This document shows positions 40,466 through 47,890 of a DNA stretch of 64,000 bases, piece by piece. The stretch spans positions 15,639 through 79,638 of the forward strand of contig CAWKEC010000004.1 in assembly GCA_963848625.1 (NCBI GenBank), in the 5' to 3' direction. This DNA is from an uncultured Alphaproteobacteria bacterium. GTDB taxonomy: Bacteria > Pseudomonadota > Alphaproteobacteria > Rhizobiales > Devosiaceae. Numbering within the stretch: the stretch's first letter is position 1; each line of letters begins with the position of its first letter. The notes beneath the pieces were generated by a model that saw only the letters and a list, made by a program, of their open reading frames with translations, ran no database searches and was not told where the DNA came from. A program made the translations under genes and the position numbers.

Positions 40466-41401
40466 TTGCAATCTGCGCCATTCCTGAGGATCGGCAGCCG
40501 CGGCTCGGCGCTGGCGCTCGTCCAGGCGCGTCTGGTGCAGGGTCTGCTGGCCAAGGCCCACGGCGTGCCGGCCGAACGGATCGAAATCCGCACCATCACC
40601 ACCTCGGGCGACAAGCTGCCGGACGCGCCGCTGAGCGAGGTCGGCGGCAAGGGGCTGTTTTCCAAAGAGATCGAGGCGGCGCTCGAGGCGGGCGAGATCG
40701 ACCTCGGCGTGCATTCGAGCAAGGACATGGCGACGCGCCTGCCGGATGGGCTGGTGCTGGCGGCATTCCTTGAGCGGGAGGACAGCCGCGATGCGTTCGT
40801 TTCGCTAAGCGTCAAGTCACTTGACGAGATGCCGCAAGGCGCAAGACTCGGCTCATCCTCGTTGCGACGGTCCGCCCAGATGCTCCGCCGCCGACCCGAC
40901 CTGACCATCGTGCCGTTCCGCGGCAATGTGGACACCCGGCTCCGGAAGCTGCGTGAGGGGATCGCTGACGCGACCCTGCTGGCCGTCGCCGGTCTCAAAC
41001 GGTTGGGGCGAGAACGCGAGATAACAGCGTATCTTGATGCCGACGCGTTCCCGCCGGCGCCGGCCCAGGGAGCGATCGGGATCGAAATACGCGCCGAAGA
41101 CGCGCGGACGTCAGAATTGATCAAGATACTTGACCATGCCAAGACCACGATTGCGGTGCGCGCCGAGCGGGCTCTGCTCGGTTCCCTGGATGGCTCGTGC
41201 CGGACCGCCATCGGGGCGGTAAGCCGGATCGAGGGGGAGATCCTCACCCTCAGGGGCGAAATTCTCTCACCGGACGGCCGGATCGAGATTTCAGGCGCTC
41301 TCGCCGGGACCATCGCAAATCCGGAGGCCCTCGGCCACGAGCTTGGCAAAATCCTCCGCGACAAGGCCGGTTCAGACTTCCTAAAACTGTTCCCGGCATA
41401 A
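40466..41401 (+). CDS. hemC: Hydroxymethylbilane synthase
   Basis: RIGSRGSALA, GGKGLFSKE, VHSSKD, RGNVDTRL, GSCRTAI. Confidence 0.97.
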   Translation: MQSAPFLRIGSRGSALALVQARLVQGLLAKAHGVPAERIEIRTITTSGDKLPDAPLSEVGGKGLFSKEIEAALEAGEIDLGVHSSKDMATRLPDGLVLAAFLEREDSRDAFVSLSVKSLDEMPQGARLGSSSLRRSAQMLRRRPDLTIVPFRGNVDTRLRKLREGIADATLLAVAGLKRLGREREITAYLDADAFPPAPAQGAIGIEIRAEDARTSELIKILDHAKTTIAVRAERALLGSLDGSCRTAIGAVSRIEGEILTLRGEILSPDGRIEISGALAGTIANPEALGHELGKILRDKAGSDFLKLFPA

Positions 41402-41408
41402 CCCGCCC

Positions 41409-42146
41409 ATGGTCCGCATGCTCGTCACCCGGCCGGAGCCCGACGCGAGCGAAACGGCCCTCAAGCTCAGCGCCCTGGGGATTGAACCGGTGGTGGAGCC
41501 GCTGTTGCGCTACGAGACGCTCACCACCACCCTGCCCGATCCAAAAGGCTTTGCCGCGCTGGTGCTGACCAGCGCCAATGCGCTGCGCGCACTCGAGCAG
41601 CGCCGCGTGATCGACACCTACCGGCATTTGCAGACCTTCACAGTGGGCGACCGCACCGCGGCCGCCGCGCGAAAGCTCGGCTTTACCGACGTGGTGAGCG
41701 CCGAGGGCGACGCCCGCGACCTCGTGGCGCTGCTCGCTGAAGCCGGGCTCGCTGGGCCGGTGCTCTACCCCGCCGCCCGCGAACGTTCGGCCAATCTCGG
41801 CAAGGCGCTCGCCCGGCACGGCGTGATGGTCATCACCTCCGAGATTTACGGGATGGCGCCGGCCAACGCGCTGACCGCCCCGGCGCGGGCGGCGATCGAG
41901 CTCGGGCAGATCGCCGCCGCGCTGTTCTTTTCACGCCGCACCGCCGAAACCTTCATCGATCTCACCACCGAAGTGGCCGGCCGCAAGGAATTGAGCCTGC
42001 TTTGCCTGTCGGAGACGGTTGCGGCGCCCTTTGTCAAAGCCCATTTCGGGCGGGTGAATCTTTCCGACCACCCCAGCGAGGAGGCGATGCTCGGGCTCGC
42101 GCTCTCCTTCGCGCGTGACCAAAAACAGGGCATGATCACTCCATGA
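41409..42146 (+). CDS. hemD: Uroporphyrinogen-III synthase
   Basis: LVTRP, TSANA, VGDRTA, FFSRRTA; follows hemC. Confidence 0.92.
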   Translation: MVRMLVTRPEPDASETALKLSALGIEPVVEPLLRYETLTTTLPDPKGFAALVLTSANALRALEQRRVIDTYRHLQTFTVGDRTAAAARKLGFTDVVSAEGDARDLVALLAEAGLAGPVLYPAARERSANLGKALARHGVMVITSEIYGMAPANALTAPARAAIELGQIAAALFFSRRTAETFIDLTTEVAGRKELSLLCLSETVAAPFVKAHFGRVNLSDHPSEEAMLGLALSFARDQKQGMITP

Positions 42147-42158
42147 GGACGACGAGCA

Positions 42159-43379
42159 ATGGCTGATCGCGCGACCGGTCCGGTAAAGCCGCCGGTGATC
42201 GATCTCACGGCCCGCAATCCGCGGCCCGAGGGCGAGGCGCGGCCGTCGCCGCCTCCACCTCCGCCCCCGCAACCGAGGGCGCGCCTGCGGTTCGACCTGG
42301 GGGACGCCAACTGGCCGCTGCTCGTCGGTATCGCGGTCGCCGGCGCCGTGCTCGGCACGCTCCTCACCTACGTGCTGGCGACGGCGCTGCCACTCCCGGC
42401 GCGACCGCAACCCGTGCCGGCCGAACTCACCGCGCAGCTGACCGACGCCAAATCGCGGCTCGACGCGATGGGCACAGACCTCGCTGCGGTGAAGGCGGGC
42501 GCGCAAAAGACCGATGCGGGTGCAGCGGCGACGGCGTCGAAGCTCGAAAGCGACATCGCCGCAGTCAACACCGCGATTGCCGGAGTGAAGTCCGCGATCC
42601 CCGCGGCGCCGCCGGCGGTCGATCTCGGCCCGCTCGAAGCCGAGATCAAGACACTCAAGGACGAAGTCGCCGCCGTGGCCGCCGGCGCGCCCGGCACCGA
42701 CGCCAACACCATCGCCCAAAATCTCACGACGCTGCAGACGAGCCTACAAAGCCTCACGGCGCGGCTCGACGGCGACGACGGCACGCTCGGCACGCTGCGC
42801 TCCGATCTCGACGCGACGCGCAAGGCGCTCAATGACCACATCAGCGCGGCGCTGCCCAACGAGGTCGGGCCGGCGCTGAAGCTGCCGCTGATCCTGAGCG
42901 GCCTCGAGGATGCCTTCGCCAATGGCCGGCCGTTCGCAGCCGAGCTCGCCGCGCTCAAGGGCGTGCTCCCCGATGTCGCGGTGTCCGCTTCGCTGACCAC
43001 GACCGCGGCCACCGGGCTCAGCCGGCCCGATGCGCTGATGCAGGAGTTCGAGACGGTGATGCCCGATATCCTCGCCGCCCGCAGCTCGGGCTCTGGCGAC
43101 TGGGTGAATGCCGCAGGCGATTGGCTGAAGGCGTTGCTTGCCGTACGCCCCGCCTCCGAGACCCCCGGTGATGCTCCCGACGCCGTCGCCTCGCGGCTCG
43201 AAGCGGCGATGGGCCGGCGCGATTACGCCGCAGCCGCTGCACTGCTCGGCCAGTTGCCGGCGCCGATGCAGCAGGCGGCCGCCCCGATTGCCGCCGACAT
43301 CACGGCCCACGCCGACGCCGACCGGCTCGTGAGCGACCTGCGCACCCGCGCCCTCGGCACCGCCCAGGCGAACCAATGA
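42159..43379 (+). CDS. COG4223 / mitofilin-domain protein (alphaproteobacterial Mic60 homologue)
   Basis: PPVIDL N-terminus, TM, coiled coil, C-terminal GRPFAAEL domain; between hemD and hemY. Confidence 0.82.
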   Translation: MADRATGPVKPPVIDLTARNPRPEGEARPSPPPPPPPQPRARLRFDLGDANWPLLVGIAVAGAVLGTLLTYVLATALPLPARPQPVPAELTAQLTDAKSRLDAMGTDLAAVKAGAQKTDAGAAATASKLESDIAAVNTAIAGVKSAIPAAPPAVDLGPLEAEIKTLKDEVAAVAAGAPGTDANTIAQNLTTLQTSLQSLTARLDGDDGTLGTLRSDLDATRKALNDHISAALPNEVGPALKLPLILSGLEDAFANGRPFAAELAALKGVLPDVAVSASLTTTAATGLSRPDALMQEFETVMPDILAARSSGSGDWVNAAGDWLKALLAVRPASETPGDAPDAVASRLEAAMGRRDYAAAAALLGQLPAPMQQAAAPIAADITAHADADRLVSDLRTRALGTAQANQ

Positions 43380-44743
43380 TCCGCCTCGCGAGCTGGATCA
43401 TCGCGAGCCTGCTTTTGACCGCGCTGATCGCGTGGCTGATCAGCCTGCCCGGCACGGCAACGGTGGAGCTGCTCGGCTACCGCATGCAGCCCAAGCTCGG
43501 CATGGCGGCGCTGGTGGTGGCGGCGGGGCTCGCTGCGCTGATCGCGCTCTGGTCGCTGCTGCGCTGGCTGCTCGACGCCCCGGCGCGCTTTGCCAAGCTC
43601 AACCGCGACCGCCGCCGCGATGCCGGCGTCTCGGCGCTCTCCGACGGCTTCGTGGCGCTGCAGGCGGGCGATCCGAACCGGGCCCGCGTGCTGGCCCGCG
43701 AGGCCCGCGCCAACCTGCCGCGCAACCATGCGGCGCAGCTTCTGGAAGCCCGTTCTGATCTGGCGCTCGGCGACATGCAATCGGCGCGCGAGCACTACCG
43801 CGCGCTGATCTCGAGCAAGAAGACGGCGGTCGCCGCCCTCGCCGGGCTCTACGAGCAGGCGCGCACGCAGGGGCGGATCGATGCCGCATTGAGCTTTGCC
43901 CAGAAGGCGGTGGCGCTCGCGCCGCAGACCCGCTGGGCGAGCGATGCCGTGCTCGACGACCTGACCCGTCACGGCCGCTGGGCCGAAGCGCTGGCGCGCA
44001 TGACGACAGAGAATGCCGCGACGCGCGACACCAAAATGACCAAGCGGCGGCGCCAGGCCGTGCTCGAGACGGCGCTCGCCCGCGAGCTCGCCGAAAGCGA
44101 GCCTCTGGTGGCGCTCGATCATGCGCTGGTGGCGCTGAAGCTCGTTCCCGATTTCGTGCCGGCGGCGCTGATCGCCGCGCGCATCCAGTCCAACCGTGGC
44201 GAGACGCGGAAGGCCATGACGCTGCTCCGCCGCATCTGGCGCGCCACTTCGCACCCGCACCTCGCAACGCTCTATGCCAACGCGCAGCCGGGAACTTCGG
44301 CGGTCGATCGGCTGAAGCGTATCCAGGAGCTGATCGATTCCCCGCCGCCCAACCGGCCGGCGGCGATCGTTCTCGCGCGCGCCTCGGTCGATGCCTATGA
44401 CTGGGTGGGGGCGCGCCACGCGCTCGCCAATTACTCGAGCGCCGAGCCGACCCAGGCGGTATGCCTGTTGATGGCCGAGATCGAAGAGGGCCAGAACGCC
44501 GACCAGGGCAAGGCGCGCGAATGGCTCGCCCGTGCGGTGCGGGCGCCGGCCGATCCGGTGTGGATCGCCGACGGCATCACCGCCGATGAATGGGAACCGG
44601 TCTCGCCGGTGACCGGCCGGCTCGACGCCTTCGAGTGGCGCGTGCCGCTCGCGAGCGTCGAGCGCCGCGAGCCGCTGCCGCCGCTGGCCCAGACCCTGCC
44701 GCCGCCGAGCGAAACGCTTGCGCCCAGTCCGGCCGGCCAGTAA
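43376..44743 (+). CDS. HemY_N/TPR membrane protein
   Basis: Two N-terminal TMs, TPR-like helices, C-terminal WEPVSPVTGRLDAFEW. Confidence 0.88.
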   Translation: MIRLASWIIASLLLTALIAWLISLPGTATVELLGYRMQPKLGMAALVVAAGLAALIALWSLLRWLLDAPARFAKLNRDRRRDAGVSALSDGFVALQAGDPNRARVLAREARANLPRNHAAQLLEARSDLALGDMQSAREHYRALISSKKTAVAALAGLYEQARTQGRIDAALSFAQKAVALAPQTRWASDAVLDDLTRHGRWAEALARMTTENAATRDTKMTKRRRQAVLETALARELAESEPLVALDHALVALKLVPDFVPAALIAARIQSNRGETRKAMTLLRRIWRATSHPHLATLYANAQPGTSAVDRLKRIQELIDSPPPNRPAAIVLARASVDAYDWVGARHALANYSSAEPTQAVCLLMAEIEEGQNADQGKAREWLARAVRAPADPVWIADGITADEWEPVSPVTGRLDAFEWRVPLASVERREPLPPLAQTLPPPSETLAPSPAGQ

Positions 44744-44773
44744 AAGACCGGCGCTTCGGCCCATCGGCCGCGG

Positions 44774-44849
44774 GCCGCTTTAGCTCAGTTGGTAGAGCAC
44801 ATCATTCGTAATGATGGGGTCAGGTGTTCGAGTCACCTAAGCGGCACCA
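44774..44849 (+). tRNA. tRNA-Thr (anticodon CGT)
   Basis: Acceptor GCCGCTT/AAGCGGC, D-arm AGCTCAGTTGGTAGAGC, anticodon arm CATCA-TTCGTAA-TGATG, TTCGA loop, encoded CCA; 76 nt. Confidence 0.98.
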
Positions 44850-44889
44850 CTTACCCACGGACATCGCCGGATCGACGCGTTGCCCGGTC

Positions 44890-45729
44890 TTACGACCCGG
44901 CCTGATGGCCGCCCGTCAACGGCACGAAGGGGATGATGGCGCCGCCGAAGATGTCGGCGCGCGCGACGGTGGTGGTGCCATCGGCGGCGGTTTTCTTGGT
45001 GACCTTGAGGATGTGCTGGGCGCCCGGCGGGCCGACCGGGATCACCATGACACCCTGCGGCGTCAGTTGCTGCAACAGCGGCGGCGGAATGTGGTCGATG
45101 CCGCAGGTGACGATGATCTTGTCGAACGGTGCGTTCTCTTCCCAGCCATAATAGCCGTCGGCGTTCTTGGTGGTGATGGCGCTGTACTCGCCATAGCCCT
45201 TCTGGATCAGCTTGTCGTAGACGGCGCGCGTGCGCTGGGCGAGCGCCGGGATGATCTCGACCGACCAGAGCTTTGACGTGAGATAGCTCAGGAGCGCCGA
45301 CTGGTAGCCCGAGCCGGTGCCGATCTCGAGCACCTTGTCGCCCGGATGGACGGTGATGGAGCTGGTCATCCGGCCCATCGTCCCCGGCGGGGTGATGGTG
45401 ACGCCGAAGCCGATGTCGAGATAGTGGCCGACATAGGCGTTGTCGCGGTCCTTTTCGAGCACGAACTGCTCGCGCGGCGTGAACAGGAAGGCGCGCTTTT
45501 CGGCCGGCGTGAAGAGGTCGTTGTAGTCGAGCAGCACCTTGTAGCGATCAAAGCGCGGCCCGGTGAACGCTGGGTCCTCGCCGCGATTGGCCTGCATCCA
45601 GGCGATGTAGGCGGCGCGATCGTCGAGCGGCGGCATCAGATCGGGCAGCGGCGGCTTGGGCGTATCGGCAAGCGCCGGGAAGGTCGCAAGACTGGCGGCC
45701 GCGCCGAGCAGGAGTTCGCGTCTGCGCAT
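44890..45729 (-). CDS. Protein-L-isoaspartate O-methyltransferase-like protein with a Tat signal (copy 2)
   Basis: MRRRELLLGAAASLATFPALA; DIGFGVTITPP, VLEIGTGSGYQSA, APFDKIIVT, VMVIPVG, FVPL. Confidence 0.9.
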   Translation of the reverse strand: MRRRELLLGAAASLATFPALADTPKPPLPDLMPPLDDRAAYIAWMQANRGEDPAFTGPRFDRYKVLLDYNDLFTPAEKRAFLFTPREQFVLEKDRDNAYVGHYLDIGFGVTITPPGTMGRMTSSITVHPGDKVLEIGTGSGYQSALLSYLTSKLWSVEIIPALAQRTRAVYDKLIQKGYGEYSAITTKNADGYYGWEENAPFDKIIVTCGIDHIPPPLLQQLTPQGVMVIPVGPPGAQHILKVTKKTAADGTTTVARADIFGGAIIPFVPLTGGHQAGS

Positions 45730-45827
45730 GGGATGGAATCCTCTTCTAGTCGGTGGGGCGGCCGGGCCGGAAACGTGCGTGGCCTATCTCTGCCGCGATC
45801 GGGCGAACTTGTCGAGGCCGGGCTGCC

Positions 45828-46625
45828 TCAGAGCTTCGCGGCGAGGAAATCGTGGAGTGCCGCCTGCGCCGCGACCGCCGCCGCTGGATCGAACTCCATG
45901 TGCATGCCGAGGAGGGTCTTGCCGCCGGCAAATTGCGGATCGTCGAAAACATGGTTTGCGCCGGGAAAGACGATGAGCTTGAGATCGGCACCTGATTGCG
46001 CCTTGGCGAGCGCTTCGCAGGCGGCGGCGGGCGTCACCGTATCGGCGGCGCCGACAAGGATCAGCGTCGGCAGCCGCAGGCGAAAGCCGGGCGGGTCCGC
46101 GCAGGCCGGATAATAGGCAGCGACGGCCTTGAACCTCAGGTCGGTCGCATTGCTGCGCGGCGGATTGAGCCGCGAGGAGGCGAGCTGCAGCGCACTGTAG
46201 GCGCCCTGCGAATAGCCGATCGCGCCGATCCGCGCTTTGTCGACGTCGGGCAGGCCGGCGAGATAGGCGAGCCCGCCCAGGGCGTCGTTGAGTCCTGCGG
46301 GAAAATCGACGGAGCAGGTGTCCTTGAGGCCGCGCGTGGTGAAATCGTCGACGAACAGGGCGACATAGCCCCAGCCGACGAGCGCGGTCTCGATCGCCTG
46401 CCGGTTAGAGGGCAGCCCGAGACAGGAATGGAGCAGCACCACCGCCGGGAACGGGCCGTTCCCCTTGGGCCGGCTGAGATAACCTTGAATGGGAGTATCG
46501 GACGGGGACGTCACCTGCCCCGGAAAAGCGGTGCTGTTGAACTTCACCAGCTCGTCGGCGCGTGCGAGCGTCGCGCCGCCAAGGCCAACCACCGAGAACG
46601 CCAGCGCGATGAACGTTTTGAGCAT
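45828..46625 (-). CDS. Exported dienelactone hydrolase family (alpha/beta hydrolase)
   Basis: Signal peptide ending ARA, GPFPAVVLLH, nucleophile GYSQG, D in GAADT, H in GANHVFD. Confidence 0.88.
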   Translation of the reverse strand: MLKTFIALAFSVVGLGGATLARADELVKFNSTAFPGQVTSPSDTPIQGYLSRPKGNGPFPAVVLLHSCLGLPSNRQAIETALVGWGYVALFVDDFTTRGLKDTCSVDFPAGLNDALGGLAYLAGLPDVDKARIGAIGYSQGAYSALQLASSRLNPPRSNATDLRFKAVAAYYPACADPPGFRLRLPTLILVGAADTVTPAAACEALAKAQSGADLKLIVFPGANHVFDDPQFAGGKTLLGMHMEFDPAAAVAAQAALHDFLAAKL

Positions 46626-46809
46626 TTCACTCCTGAAGTTGCGGACGGCGACCGCTCTGCAACGCCGCCCGGGAAACGCCACACTTGCCACGCGCGGGGC
46701 CAGGAATGGCCCCCTACGCGACACGCAACCTCCGGGCGATTGGAGTCGTTTCTACGCTCAAAGATGCCGCGCACAAAGATGCAGCGGCGGATCAGGAAGG
46801 ATCGTTGGA

Positions 46810-46953
46810 ATGCGCAAGAGCGAAATCGAAAGTCTGCTGGAAGCCGCGGTTGCCAAGGCCCTGGGCGTGAGCCTGCCAGTCCACCACCGCCGGACATCCA
46901 AGCCGGCGAAGCGCACGACGACCCATCGCCACGCCATCAAGCGCGCAGCTTGA
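46810..46953 (+). CDS. Possible small basic protein (47 aa)
   Basis: AGGAAGGA upstream; MRKSEIESLLEAAVAKALGV...HAIKRAA; fills the gap and stops 2 nt from the convergent gene. Confidence 0.5.
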   Translation: MRKSEIESLLEAAVAKALGVSLPVHHRRTSKPAKRTTTHRHAIKRAA

Positions 46954-46955
46954 AC

Positions 46956-47744
46956 TCACTCGGCTGCGACGGTCGGACGATCGGAGCGTAGAGCCTCCTC
47001 GAACGCGGCACGCGCTGCGGTCGGGACCGGCACCTCAAATCCACGCAGGTCGATCTGCGAGAAGATTTGATCCTGCTCCTCCCGCGTCGACCGGAAGAAC
47101 GGGTAGCGGCGGTAAATCTGCTGCAGGTTGATCGCCGAATTCGAACTGTAAAGCACCACCGGGAACGCGAGCCCCGGATACTCCCGCACATCGCTGAGCT
47201 CAACCGCCCCGAATACCCGCTTGTAGAACGGCCCATGCTCGGGGCGCACCAGCGCGAGACAGGCGGTGGCGGCGAAGTATTCTGTCGCCATAACAGCGAT
47301 CCGCAGCGTCAGGAACGGCAGCGCCGGATAGGCGAGCGAGGCGTCGTAGTCGGCGGTGAAGCGCGACGGGTCGATAAAGTTCTGGCCCTCGTCGAGCAGC
47401 GGCCCGAGCACGTCCGGGCAGCTTTTCATGCTCGGGCCCTTGCGGTGCTCCGAGGTCAGATGATGGATGCGGATCGAGCTGACCAGCTGGCCATCGATAT
47501 GGATGCCGTAACAGAAGGCATTCGGCGTGCCGTCGAGGTCGTCGCTGACGATCCCGCGGTCGTTGAACGGCACGAACTCTTCGCGCCGATACGCCTCGTA
47601 GCGCAGCCGGTAGACCGGGTTGTCGGTGACGTTCATGTGGACGCGCGAATATTCGACGCGGTCTAAAATATCGATCAGACCTCCCGCAAACCGGGAGACG
47701 ACCGAACTATCGGTCGCGGGCATCTTCAACTCCTCAATACTCAC
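46956..47744 (-). CDS. N-acyl amino acid synthase FeeM-domain protein (GNAT fold, LuxI-related)
   Basis: VYRLRYEAYRRE, SSIRIH, FIDPSRF, VRPEHGPFYKRVF. Confidence 0.8.
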   Translation of the reverse strand: MSIEELKMPATDSSVVSRFAGGLIDILDRVEYSRVHMNVTDNPVYRLRYEAYRREEFVPFNDRGIVSDDLDGTPNAFCYGIHIDGQLVSSIRIHHLTSEHRKGPSMKSCPDVLGPLLDEGQNFIDPSRFTADYDASLAYPALPFLTLRIAVMATEYFAATACLALVRPEHGPFYKRVFGAVELSDVREYPGLAFPVVLYSSNSAINLQQIYRRYPFFRSTREEQDQIFSQIDLRGFEVPVPTAARAAFEEALRSDRPTVAAE

Positions 47745-47775
47745 TAAAGTATTCCCGCACGCAACGTGAAGGAGC

Positions 47776-47791
47776 GTAACTCTTTTTTAAC
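47776..47791. promoter_or_regulatory. Possible CtrA-binding site upstream of the FeeM-like gene
   Basis: GTAA-N7-TTAAC, one mismatch to TTAA-N7-TTAAC; a TTAA-N6-TTAAC variant lies at 47881-47895. Confidence 0.45.
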
Positions 47792-47890
47792 TCTAGGCAA
47801 GTTGCGGCGATCACCGAGGCTGGCGCGGAGCCCTGTCGGCGGCGCAAGGCCGCACCCGGAATTGCATACAAATGAATGTGTTAACCCGGA

